Below are positions 20,841 to 32,880 of a stretch of 64,000 bases of DNA, piece by piece. Position 1 is the first letter of the stretch, and every line of letters starts with the position of its first letter. The notes below the pieces were generated by a model. It saw only the letters and a list, made by a program, of their open reading frames with translations, searched no databases and was not told the origin of the DNA. This DNA is from Naegleria gruberi. Taxonomy: Eukaryota. Where the stretch lies: the NCBI GenBank assembly GCA_000004985.1, contig GG738846.1. The stretch is one strand, 5' to 3'. A program made the translations under genes and the position numbers.

Positions 20841-21619
20841 TTTTTATGGCTTGCTTTTTGAATTTCTCTTTCAAGTTTCTGTATTTAAATGGATTTTAAA
20901 TATTTCAAATGCTTGATGAAGATTGGTATTTTCGAATTGAGGTTTCAAATAAATGGTGAACGTTGCAGATACAGTGACCCGTGTCATTACGGTGATCAAG
21001 GTGATAGGTATTTTCTAATGACACTCCCTCCATTTGAAAAATACTACTCTAAATGTTAAGAAATTAACTAAGGTTAAAAATTGAAATACAATAAATCCCT
21101 CCATCTAACCTTTAATTATTTCACTGGTCCATTCTTCCAAACTTCTACTGTATAATGCTACTTAATATCAAGTGATTTTAATTGTTTCATTTCACAAATT
21201 GATTTGGCTCCTTCATCATTTCACCAATATATGTGGAAATGTTTTTCCCGCTTTTTTCTAGTGCTCCCTCTTTAAAAGGACATATTTAGTTTAATACATG
21301 GTATAACATCTTGAATTTTACACGGGTTATTTCATATCATGTATACTATATCCTATTCATTTTTGAATATTTAATCTTTTGTTTTCATTGAGATAATTAG
21401 TGAGTTATGACATCATATACCTTTTTGGGAAAAGTGATTTTTCGCTCAACTACTTAATATCGAATATTGAATTTTGTGGTGGTAAGAGATAAGATCAGAT
21501 ACTAATACCATTTGTAATTTTTTTTACGAATTGTTGTGTATTAAGGAGGATATGCTTGGTTAAAGTTGGTGAATTTTTTTGTGAAATTAAAATAAAATGG
21601 AAGTTTATTAGAAGGAGAG

Positions 21620-22712
21620 TTATTTTTTGGCGCGAAGTTTCTTTCCCATAGAGAGAAAGGTTTCGGCCAGCAGTTTTCTAAAGTCTGAATACTTGATTCG
21701 AACAGTTTCATTCATAATAGCGAACAAGTTATAAAAAAAATCATTCAATAAACTGATCATCAATTTGGTTCTCCACTCAGTGATGATATAGGCATATCTA
21801 GCCTTATAATGGTACTTATCTTGAATGTCGACAAGAGTAAAAGTACGTCTATAATGGTCATGATGGATAGCAGAGGTAGCATTAAATTGATTCTGATCAA
21901 ACGAATGCAAAGCATGTAGTTGAAGTGATTTGACATTTGTGGAGTTGCAAATAAATTGAATCTTCTGGATGATTTCATCCTTAGTGAGCTTACTTAATTT
22001 GATATGTTCCTTCTTTCCAATTTCTTTCAATTTTTCCACTGTATTTTTCTGCAAAAAGGAGGTGGAATATTTGCAAGAGTTTGCTGAGATGGTTGGTAGT
22101 GAAATTAGTGAGGTTTCAAAATCAAATGCATTCGAAACAAGATGGTGATATTTCTTGTCTCTGTCTGATTGGTATTGAGGATTTCTTTGCATAGAAGCAA
22201 TCACAGACTTTGAAATAAATTCAGCAGCCTTCCAATTACCATGAGTGAGCGTTCTTTTCAACAAATCCCAGATCCATAATTTTTCAGTACCTGAAATAGA
22301 GAAAGTGCCAACAACATTCAATTTGATTAGACGGAGCAAAACATTTCATCAAAGAAAAGTATCTTCTATAACCAGGAATCATGCTATCCAACTTTTCTGT
22401 CCGAAGCTGTTGTAAATTGGTTTTGGCATTAGCATTCAACTTTGAATGGTTGTTTTCTAAGCTAATTACAGTTCCCAAAAAAGAGAAAAGCTGAGAGATA
22501 TCAATATCATTGTAATACTTTGTGTGTGAAGATGCTTTTCCAGTTGTACTCTCTCTGGTCAAGTTAGTGTTTAATACGTCCAATAGTATTTGCCAAAAGT
22601 GGTTTGGAATCATGTTTGAAATTAGAAGTTCAAGGCTAACCTCAGTGCAAATTACATTTCTGTTCAGAATGGTTTTAGGAGTGGTAGGAGTTTCGGTAAC
22701 TTTAGGATGCAC
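21620..22712 (-). CDS. Hypothetical protein, probably two exons (exon 1 22712..about 22344; intron about 22291..22343; exon 2 22290..21620)
   Basis: Two overlapping minus-strand ORFs in different frames are joined in phase by a 53-nt GT…(Y)nCAG interval (weak GTTTTG donor, good 'ctctatttcag' acceptor). No recognisable domain. Confidence 0.4.
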
Positions 22713-23503
22713 AATGTTGGAAGAAACCTTTTCAAATCCTTCTTTGTTAAAATTGAATAAAGATGCTATCCAATCAGTTTCTTAATCCAACTGCTTAGCA
22801 GAGTATTTAGGTGTAAGGTTTTGGCCGTTGGATGGACTGAGTTGGCTTGATTGCTGATCTTGGCTATTTTGTTGGTCCTGTTGTGTACCTCCTTGGCTAT
22901 TTTGTTGATTGGAGGTAACAAAGCCATCGAGTGTAGCTTGTTTTTTGTTAGACGCCTCCAATTCTAACCGTTCATCCATACGAATATTTGGATTTTTTCA
23001 AGAATGCGTTCAAACACGCTTCAATAAACTTTTTTTTATTAAAGATTCTTGGCGTGAAACTTTCTTACCGGTTTCACATACATTTACAGGTTTGCGAGTT
23101 TGTTAATGTTGTGGACGAAGGATTTCAAACTTTTTTATCCTTCCAATTACTTGTTCAACTATTACTCTAACCTCCCAACCTCTTATTCCAATCTTCTTCA
23201 ACTTGATCCAACTTTTATTTATTCAATCAAACTCGAAGTTGTGAAGTTTTTTGTCCCAAATTTTCTTGTCATGAACGTTTCCAGAAACATTCTGTTGAGC
23301 AACTTGAAAGAGGCAACCATTAGAATTCATAATCAAAGAAGTTTTTCAAGAAACAGCGATTCCGGACCGGTCTCAATAATAGAAGTTACACGTTCACAGT
23401 GAACAGAATTTTATCATTTTTACAATCCAAACGGTTTTTATTGGCGGGAAGAGGGAGCATTCTATTGTTTGAGGGAGCATTGCAAAAAAGCGGCGTGAAC
23501 TTT

Positions 23504-25225
23504 TCAACAGATATCAAGTGATGTCAATTGTTTCATTTCAATTATTGATTTGGCTCCTTCATCACCGATTTGATTTCCACTAATATCAAGTGATGTTAAT
23601 TGTTTCATTTCACTTATGAATTTGGCTCCTTCATCACCAATTCGATTGATATAAATACTAAGTGATGTCAATTGTTTCATTTCACAAATTGATTTGGCTC
23701 CTTCATCACCAATTAGATTGTTATAAACACTAAGTGATGTTAATTGTTTCATTTCACTTATGAATTTAGCTCCTTCATCACCAATTTCATTTTCACCAAT
23801 ATTAAGTGATGTCAATTGTTTCATTTCACTTATTGATTTGGCTCCTTCATCACCAATTAGATTGCTATAAACACTAAGTGATGTTAATTGTTTCATTCCA
23901 CTTATGAATTTAGCTCCTTCATTACCAATTTCATTTTGACCAATATTAAGTGATGTCAATTGTTTCATTTCACTTATTGATTTGGCTCCTTCATCACCAA
24001 TTTCATTTTCACCAATATTAAGTGATGTTAACTGTTTCATTTCACTTATTGATTTGGCTCCTTCATCACCAATTTGATTGAAATAAATATCAAGTGATGT
24101 CAATTGTTTCATTTCACTTATTGATTTGGCTCCTTCATCACCAATTAGATTGTTATAAACACTAAGTGATGTTAATTGTTTCATTCCACTTATGAATTTA
24201 GCTCCTTCATCACCAATTTCATTTTGACCAATATTAAGTGATGTCAATTGTTTCATTTCACTTATTGATTTGGCTCCTTCATCACCAATTTCATTTTCAC
24301 CAATATTAAGTGATGTTAACTGTTTCATTTCACTTATTGATTTGGCTCCTTCATCACCAATTTGATTGAAATAAATATCAAGTGATGTCAATTGTTTCAT
24401 TTCAATTATTGATTTGGCTCCTTCATCACCAATTTGATTTTCACCAATATCAAGTGATGTCAATTGTTTCATTTCAATTATTGATTTGGCTCCTTCATCA
24501 CCAATTTGATTGCAAAAAACACTAAGTGATGTTAATTGATTCATTCCACTTATGAATTTAGCTCCTTCATCACCAATTCGATTGTTATAAATACTAAGTG
24601 ATGTTAACTGTTTCATTTCAATTATTGATTTGGCTCCTTCTACACCAATTAGATTTTCACCAATATCAAGTGATGTTAATTGATTCATTCCACTTATGAA
24701 TTTGGCTCCTTCATCACCAATTCGATTGTTATAAACACTAAGTGATTTTAATTGTTTCATTCCACTTATGAATTTAGCTCCTTCATCACCAATTTGATTT
24801 TCACCAATATCAAGTGATGTTAATTGATTCATTTCACTTATTGATTTGGCTTGTTCAAGAGAGTCAAGCAACCTTCTCGAAAATTTAACATTGACAATAC
24901 TATTCATAAATTGACTTTTCATGAATAATTTAATTCGTTTCTCTGTAAATTTTTTGTTAAATTCAATAACGAGTTTTGAACGTTCCTTGATCACATGAAA
25001 GAATTGTTTTGAAATCAAAGAACAATTATTCAAAATAAACCACGAATCATCAATCATGGAAATTATTTCAAAACAAACATCATCCGAAAATATTTCTTGG
25101 AGCACAAGTTTTTTCTTTTTTGTTTTCTCTTCCATGTTATTTTTGATCCGAAATTGCTTTTCAAAATCTTGAATGCTTCGTTTACTCATTTTTTTGTGTT
25201 TGCGAAAATGCCTCAACATTACCAC
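23504..25225 (-). CDS. F-box-like plus RNI-type leucine-rich-repeat protein (about 19 × 24-aa 'LTSLxIxxNxIGDEGAKxISEMKQ' repeats)
   Basis: 573 aa. N-terminal 'VCFEIISMIDDSWFILNNCSLISKQFF' is F-box-like. The long run of near-identical 24-aa LRRs contains the GDEGA motif typical of RNI/NLR-type LRRs. Confidence 0.8.
   Translation of the reverse strand: MVMLRHFRKHKKMSKRSIQDFEKQFRIKNNMEEKTKKKKLVLQEIFSDDVCFEIISMIDDSWFILNNCSLISKQFFHVIKERSKLVIEFNKKFTEKRIKLFMKSQFMNSIVNVKFSRRLLDSLEQAKSISEMNQLTSLDIGENQIGDEGAKFISGMKQLKSLSVYNNRIGDEGAKFISGMNQLTSLDIGENLIGVEGAKSIIEMKQLTSLSIYNNRIGDEGAKFISGMNQLTSLSVFCNQIGDEGAKSIIEMKQLTSLDIGENQIGDEGAKSIIEMKQLTSLDIYFNQIGDEGAKSISEMKQLTSLNIGENEIGDEGAKSISEMKQLTSLNIGQNEIGDEGAKFISGMKQLTSLSVYNNLIGDEGAKSISEMKQLTSLDIYFNQIGDEGAKSISEMKQLTSLNIGENEIGDEGAKSISEMKQLTSLNIGQNEIGNEGAKFISGMKQLTSLSVYSNLIGDEGAKSISEMKQLTSLNIGENEIGDEGAKFISEMKQLTSLSVYNNLIGDEGAKSICEMKQLTSLSIYINRIGDEGAKFISEMKQLTSLDISGNQIGDEGAKSIIEMKQLTSLDIC
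23520..24870. repeat. Tandem 72-bp DNA repeat (about 19 units, very high unit-to-unit identity) encoding the LRR array
   Basis: 'caattgtttcatttca(c/a)ttattgatttggctccttcatcaccaat…' recurs with a 72-nt period. Confidence 0.85.
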
Positions 25226-25507
25226 CCTCCGGATACGGAAGGGAGTACTCTGCTCGCTAACAGAATCTTTGTGTTGGAGAGAGCATTAGAAACCTCCCAA
25301 AAGGAAAACACATGTCTCCGGGAATCTATTCAAAATTTTGTAAATATCTAAAATGACTCTGACTATAAGCAATATTTTAATATTTTTAATGAATGTGTTG
25401 TTGATAGGAAATTTGTATTAGAATGTTTCCCATCTCCAGCAATCTTTACTCCAAAACCTCTTGCTTTATGTCATTCTACTAGTTCCAAAAATATTCATTA
25501 CAGACTA

Positions 25508-26056
25508 TTGGAAAAAATTATTGAATATTATATTATTGAAAAGGGAATTAATGTTGAAGGATTATATACCAACTATTCCCATAAACAATATATTACTAGA
25601 ATATCATTTGATAATGAGAAAACGTGCTCTGAACTTGCTTCAGCTCTTGATTTACAACACTATAAAACAGTAGAGCAAATCAGAAGTGAAACAAAAGAGA
25701 CAACATCTCAATGTACATTCCCTATTCAATTTACTGATAACGAGATTACAAACGGAATTGCTCGTGTTTACTCTAGAATGGATATTCAACTTGTATTGAA
25801 CAATTTAAAAATATCAGATGCAACTAATCACTCTGGTACTTCAAAATATAAATTAGTTAAATTATCACACACAGATAAGGATGAAATGGATGAATTCTGT
25901 AAGAAAAATATTTCTCTTATTGATAAGCACAAAAACCATTTCAATTTCTATTTCAAACCTTCTATTGAGATTTTAGATCTTAAAATAGAACAGAAAAATA
26001 GATTATTTCCTTATTTACCTACTATTAATTCTACTAATAATATTGCAACAACTTAA
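25508..26056 (+). CDS. Hypothetical 182-aa ORF immediately upstream of the LINE ORF2; possibly the element's ORF1
   Basis: ORF ends about 20 nt before the (AAT)n tract that precedes the APE domain. No recognisable motif. The assignment rests on position only. Confidence 0.3.
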   Translation: MEKIIEYYIIEKGINVEGLYTNYSHKQYITRISFDNEKTCSELASALDLQHYKTVEQIRSETKETTSQCTFPIQFTDNEITNGIARVYSRMDIQLVLNNLKISDATNHSGTSKYKLVKLSHTDKDEMDEFCKKNISLIDKHKNHFNFYFKPSIEILDLKIEQKNRLFPYLPTINSTNNIATT

Positions 26057-26075
26057 TCAGTTGCTAAAACAACAA

Positions 26076-26076
26076 A

Positions 26077-26119
<43 letters not shown>

Positions 26120-26153
26120 ATTAATAATAATAATATTAATAATAATAATAATA
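26076..26153. repeat. (AAT)n trinucleotide microsatellite (about 26 units with a few ACT/ATT variants)
   Basis: Directly visible 'aataataataataataataatactaataataat…'. It produces a spurious poly-Leu ORF on the minus strand (26053..26262). Confidence 0.95.
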
Positions 26154-26355
26154 ATGAAAATAATCTGTTAATATTACTCACCAAAGCTTTTTTTGGCCTT
26201 GTTGTAGGATTGGCAAATAATAATGTAATTCCATTAGATAATAACTTAATGGAAATTGTCAATATTACTAATAATATAAATAATGTAAATAATACTAACT
26301 CTGTAATGATAGATGATGATTTGATTTCAACATCATCTAATGAATCTACTCAACC

Positions 26356-29300
26356 TTGAGTGGAACTACCACTAGTTTAAGACTTGCATGCTACAATGTT
26401 AACGGTCTATACAAGCATGCAGTCCATAAATCTGTAACTCAAGAATTGAAATCTATGTGTTTAACACATGGAGTTCATATGATGAGTATTACAGAAACAC
26501 ACGTTAACACTACTGAATTAGAAATTAAAGTTAGAAATTCTGGTTCAGGTTATTTATTAATTAACTCCCTTATGGGTCGATCTAAAGGCTGTAGTTATGC
26601 ACTTTTTAAATAATCATAGAAAGCGTAACATTACCAATAATAATTTAGTACCTGGAATCTTACAATGGACAAGATTTGAAAGCAGGGGAATTCCAATTAA
26701 TTTATTTACTATTTATTTAAGTGGCAGATCAGATGATTATGAAAATGATCAAGAAGCCATTAACAGTTTTATCAATGCTGTTTTAACATGTAAAGATGAA
26801 CATATTATTTTAAGTGGGGATCTTAATATTGATACTCAAAACCCCACTACTACAAGAGAAAAGGATTGGATTTGGATTCTTGAAATGTTAAAATTGACAG
26901 AATTCAAAACACCAAATTATACATGGATTAGACGAAGTCAGGGAACTTTAAATAGATCTAGACCTGACCATATCTTTGTCTCAAAGAATATTAGAGTGGT
27001 AAAGGAAGTAATTATGACACCTTTGACCACTAATGATCATGTCCCTTTTTATTTAGATTTAGAATCTAATCTTACTTGGAGAACTTACTTTAGTAAGAAT
27101 AAGAGGAAAAGAATGTACGAAGCAATTAATAAGTGTAAAATTGACAATTTTCAAGAGCTGAATCAAGCAATTGAGGCTCAAATAATTAAATATGGATCCA
27201 AAGTAGATAGATTAGGAGTTGGAAGAATTTCTACAGCATTTAAAGAAGAAATTCAAGATTTAGAGGATGAAATATTATCTAAAATTAATAACCCTAATAT
27301 TCCTCAATCAGAAATACAAGAACTACAAACACTCCTAAAAGAAACACATATTAATAATGCAAAAGAAATTAAGGAAAAACTTATAACTCTTCATCGAGAA
27401 TGTATCAATTTGATAAAATGATACACTCTAACCAAATTATGTGGAAAGACCTTAACTTTGAAGAAGAAGAAATAGTGGATTACTTTACAAACAAATTTAC
27501 CTCCACTAATCAACAACCAACATTCACACCAAGTAATTCAACTATCAAAGAAGGTCCAGATTGGAGCAATTCGATTCATATTAAAGAGCTACAAGATGCT
27601 CTCAAACGAATGAAATCAAACACTTCTGGGCCTGATCTAATCTCACTCGATTTAATTAAACATCTTACAGAAGCCAATCAAGGAATCCTCTTAGAAGAAT
27701 ATAATAGATGTTTAAGAGATGGTGATATTCCACAAAATTGGAAACAAGGATGGGTAAAACTCATTCCTAAAAGAGAAATTAATACCTTAAGTGATATTCG
27801 CCCAATTACTATTTTACCAATATTTTACAGAATATTATTTAATATTATAGCATTTAGATTGAGATCTTGGGCATCAACTCATATTAATGTTAGACAACAA
27901 GCATTTATTACAGACAGAAATACTTTGAATCATGGTGTATTACTCTCTGCCTTAGCAATGAAAACAAGGAAAAGGACTTTTATTTTAGTGAATTTAGATA
28001 TAGAAGGGGCGTATGATGCAGTCGAATTACCTGTCATCAAAATGGCCCTAGACCACTGTAAATACCCTTCAGAACTTACTCAATTCATTTTAAATGCTTA
28101 TGCTAACCATGAACTTCAATTAGAAATTGATAATCATCTCTCTGATAAATTTAAGAAAACAAGAGGAATACCACAAGGCTGTCCACTGGCCCCTCTTATA
28201 TACGATTGTATTACCCAATTAATAATTGACAAAGCAATTGATAAGTGGAAGATACCAATCAAACCAGGCAAACTATGTGCAAATGATATTGCACTCTGCT
28301 GTTTTGCTGATGATATGAATGTTGTATGTGACAGATATTCCAAGTATAATGACTAGACAATATTCATGATTGGTTACATCAATTATTATTTAAATTGAAT
28401 GCTAAGAAATCAGTAGCAACTCTATTACCTAAAAAGAGCACAGTCTCACCTAAAATCAAAGGTACTCCAGTACCTAAACAGAAAAACCTTAGAGTACTTG
28501 GCCATTACCCTTGGGATGATACTTTGGTAATACAAGACATCCAATCCAAGATAGACAAATTCTCAAAATCATTAAGATTTTTACCATTATTCAAATTACA
28601 GCCAACAAACCTTAAAATAATTATGCATGCTAAAGCAATCAGCCTATTCACTCACCTCTCAAAAATCAATATAATCCCTTTAAAGAAAGCTCAGGAAATA
28701 GATCGTGCAATTAGAGGTGCAATCAGACGTAAATTATTAATGGACAGAGCAACTCCAACAAGTTTCTTTCACCTGCCATTAGAAGAAGGTGGATTAGGAT
28801 TACCATCAATTGAGGAATTCTCTGAAAGAATGAATTTAAGAACTATGAATTTAATCGCCAATAATAAGAATAAGTTAATAAGAAAAGCTTTCAAATATGG
28901 TATCAAACATTGTGAGGAAACTAAAGATAATATTTATGCTAAATGGTTATCTGTACTTAAAGAATATAATCTCACATTTGTGCAGAATGATACGAAATTT
29001 AGAATAGCCAAAATCAAAACAGGGAATAGTTTCGATATCCATACAGATGGATCTAGAATTAATCAAAAGACAGGAATGGGTATTAATATTTATGATACCT
29101 CAAATAGATCAGTTCCTTGTAAAACTTTATCCCTCAGAATCAATAATCATTATTCAAATAATATAGCCGAAATATGCTCCATAATAACTTCTATTAATGT
29201 AATCCCACGAAACTCTAAAGTTACCATTCATACAGATAGTGAAGTTGCAATAGAAGTTCTCAAAGATAGATACAAAGGAGATTTTCTAACATTAAAAGAA

Positions 29301-29924
29301 GCCTTCTTTAGAACAACCAAAAATAGAAAAATAGAATATGAAATTAAGAAAGTTGAAGCACACAAAGATAGCGAGAATATCAAGGTTGATTTAATAGCAA
29401 AGAATGCTACAACCAGAGAGGATATTTTTGATATTCGTAATTTACTCAAGAATCAACACCTCCTTGTTAAGGATGGTGTTGTCGTCTTCAATCATAAGAA
29501 GATGACCATAACAAGACATTTAAGTGTAAGACATAATAAGATGAATGAAAACCCTAACTTTATTCTAAACCAAAGTTGGGATTCTCTTAATGTGCAATAC
29601 CTTAAAACTCGTCTTACTCCTAAAACTAAATACTTTATATGGAGAAATTCCATCAATGCCCATATCAATTTTGGTAAGGGTAAAAGTTTCTGTTACGATT
29701 GTGGTACAGAATCTGATTTATTCCATTACATTCATGAGTGCCCTGGCTTGGATAGTGCCAGGTATTTTTGTAAATCAAAGATATCTGATATTCTTGAAGG
29801 GAGAGAGTGCTTACTTTCTCATTTTCAATTCAAACCAGAAAAGCACCACCATGCATTACATTTCCATCATAACGGAATCACCTCTTTGGAAGATGGATAC
29901 ATGCAATTCCATAAAGATACATAA
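26356..29924 (+). mobile_element. Non-LTR (LINE) retrotransposon ORF2, degenerate: APE endonuclease, reverse transcriptase, RNase H, C-terminal CCHC zinc knuckle; broken into 4 ORFs by at least 3 frameshifts
   Basis: 'LACYNVNGL…' and 'TNDHVPFYLDLE' are APE N- and C-terminal motifs. 'SDIRPITILPIFYRIL…IPQGCPLAPLIYD…CFADDMNVVC' are RT motifs including YxDD→FADD. 'FDIHTDGSRIN…EICSII…KVEAHKD' is RNase H. 'CYDCGTESDLFHYIHECPG' is the zinc knuckle. Frames change at about 26600, about 27410 and about 28360. Confidence 0.85.
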
Positions 29925-30151
29925 AGACATCGCTAAGAAGTGGCCAGAGATCCAAGGTGCCATTTCTAACTTTGTCGGCCGTTCCTATTCTAATTATTAT
30001 ATTGACTCCAAATAATTTATATAACCTATGAGAATCTGAATAGATTCGTTATTGTCGTAATAAAAGATTTTTTTGTGTTGGCAAAGACATCTGTCACCAC
30101 TGTTTTACTAAAATTATTTTTATTGAAAATCCATGGTTTATTTTGAATTAT

Positions 30152-32880
30152 TTACAATTGCTCTAGTTTTTCTCTTTCTTGTAATTTCTTTAGCTTTTCT
30201 AATAGATTAATGGTTGGTAAATCTGCCTTTCCATTTTGAATTGTTCTATCCAAGAATTCATTCAACAATCCACATGCTTCTTCATATTTCTTGTCAAAGA
30301 ATAAATTACAAGCAGCTCCATAGGATTGCCAAAGATTTCTCTTCTTCTTTTCCTCCAATTCATACATCCATTCTAATATTTGATTAATTTCGAGTGAATT
30401 TTAAAATATACTTACCATCTTCTTTAACTTCCATAAAATCTCCAAATTCATAAACATTCACTTCAGTAATTTGCTTTGAGGACAAAGGAGTATAACTTTC
30501 TGGAATGTTGTTACCATACTCTGGTGACTTTAAGAATGCCCAATTCTTGTTAAGCGACTTGTCTAGCTCAGGAATTCCATATTGTTGTTCCGTTAAGAAA
30601 TTAAGTGTATCGATAAATCTGTGTTGATAGAAATTATGAGTTTTTGCCTTAATTTCTTCAGAGACTACAATTTCAATGTTCAAATTAACAGCAAGATCCA
30701 ACATGGAAAGTATATTTCTTTGGAAGCTACCAACAATTGTAAAATTCTTAAAATCATTAGTACCCAAGTTACCACAACAAACAGCTTGGGAGAGAACTGC
30801 AACTCTAAAAGTTTGTGCCTTATCGGTCGCTTCTGGATTAATGGCCTTCTTTAATGGTAATAAACCATTAAGCTTTCTAACAATAGCATAAGCAAATGTT
30901 ATAGATTTCTTTTCTGGGGCTGCTGTGTCAATATTAGAATTGAATGAAATAGTGATAGTCTCATTATCAAAATTACCAACAGAACCTCCATGTATCTTAC
31001 TCATATCATATACATATTTGAAAATTTCACTTAAAACAGTTACAGTTTCAGAGTAAGAATTGTTGGCAATACATGCGCTCATTCCTTCAATATGTAAACA
31101 AGCAAAACCAACTTTTCTTTTATCCAAATGAAGGGCAAATCTTGCTAAAATATCAATTGGTTGTTGAGTTTGAGATTGTTTTTTCGTAGTACTTCCAATG
31201 CTTGAAAAACTGCTAGAAGCGTCTTCCTTAACTAGTTTTGCAATAGAGTAAGCACTTTTAGATTGAGGTTGGGAATCTTTTGATCTTCTACTTTTATCAA
31301 CTTCTTCACCTCCATCAATCTTTGAAATCAAGTGACTTGGAATAAAGCTATTTCAAAAATTGTTTAGTCATGTTGACACTTAGTGATAACTTACCATCTA
31401 TAAAGCTTAATCCTGTCAACCATCCCCTTAAAGTGTCCTTGAAGAATGACAACTTCTCTGAACAATGAATTTCTAAATTCTAATCCTTCCAATTTCATTT
31501 CAGAAACTTCACTAAAATTGAAAATCAACTCATAGAATGGTTGAATAATTTTAAATGAAATATAAACACCGAAGATTATACTAATAATGATAATCAAAAG
31601 ACTTATACCAAGAGCAATTCCTACAGCCATGAAAATTGTTGTTAAATAGTTTGATGTTGGTTCAGCAAAGACAAGCAGCCAATCCACATTTTCTTCGGTA
31701 CATAGCCGATACATTGAGAGGTAGTAACCCTCAACTTCTAACATAATCATTTTGTTTCTTTCAATTACTTGCAAGTCTGGATATAAAGAGTATAAACTCT
31801 TTCCAATAAGATTAGTTCCCTTATCACGGACTGTGATTGCTGTAAGTCTGGTTTCTTGTTGTTGTTCATCCCAAACAGCTACAGAAACTTCTGGATCATA
31901 ATCTATATAGAGAGTAAGTAGATCAAATGCCTCAATAAATACTTACTAGATATCAAGTAATTAGTGCTCACTTCAATAGTAAAGGCAATAGCTCCATCAA
32001 TCTCTCGTGTTGCTAGGGATAGGTATTTTGAAAATGATTCTACTGAAACATCATACCCAATCCAAAAGGCGTAATCAGAAGGGTCAGATGTATTTTTCAC
32101 CATTGACAAGAGAGTGATAAAAGTAATGCTAGGTAATGTGATGTCAGCATAACTCATTGTAAATCTAGTTCCGTTTGGAGCTGCTCTAGCAGTGTCCCAT
32201 ATATCATTCATATCAATAGGATCCAGCACTACATCAAATGGAGCTGAATGATTTCTCTCACAATGATCGTAAAGCTCATAATCGGAACAGTACCAATAGG
32301 AGTCTTCGAGGAAAGAGACAATCATGGTTTCATTAAGCTGAAACACACCAAAATTATATCTAGTGTGATCACCAATAAAAAGTGTGAGAGGAAGAGAGGG
32401 ATGTCGCTTAATTTCATTCTTAAAAAGTTTGAACATGTGCTTCTCTACGAGAGCGGTATCATAAGGATCGAACCCATCTGATAATATTTCCTTCTCCGTT
32501 TCGACAACAAGCATGAGTTCTTTAAGTGTGGAATGTGTAAATTGCACAATATTATCAAAACCCTTCTCTCTCACTGATGAACCCCACTTGAGCATGTATG
32601 GAAGAAAACAAGATATCCACACACTTGACAATACCAGCACTGTTAATATTTCTAAGAAAGCAACCAACAATATCAAACATGTCTTGATAGAAATTTTGGA
32701 ACGAGATGGAGGTTCTTGATGATGAGTACCAAATTCATCATTCGTATTGTAGACAATATCTGGCAATGCCCTTGAACGTTGCTTTTTAAGATTGCTTTTA
32801 GGAGTATCAGCCATCGACTGCTGAGAAGAGGAAAAGTGTTGCTCTGATAATTGATGTGCAAGTGGATGAACTTTTGGCAT
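30152..32880 (-). CDS. Receptor-type class III nucleotidyl-cyclase-like membrane protein, 4 exons; metal-binding motif degenerate (possible pseudo-cyclase)
   Basis: Exons 32880..31947, 31902..31395, 31347..30416 and 30372..30152. Introns of 44, 47 and 43 nt all begin gtaagt and end (t/c)ag. Topology is TM (31..), extracellular domain, TM ('LTTIFMAVGIALGISLLIIIISIIFGVYI'), then a cyclase-homology domain. 'RKVGFACLHIEGMSAC' sits where the canonical 'VTxLFxDIVGFT' lies, and 'FRVAVLSQAVCCGNLG…FTIVGSFQRNILSMLDLA' sits where 'RIGIHTGPVVAGVVG…FGDTVNxASRMES' lies. Confidence 0.55.

Noticed and set aside
22782-22979. 65-aa Q/S-rich minus-strand ORF between two genes
   Set aside because: Low-complexity composition, no flanking splice signals linking it to neighbours, and no motif. 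Probably non-coding, although a tiny gene cannot be excluded.
26053-26262. Minus-strand 69-aa poly-Leu ORF
   Set aside because: It is simply the reverse complement of the (AAT)n microsatellite (TTA→Leu). Not a gene.
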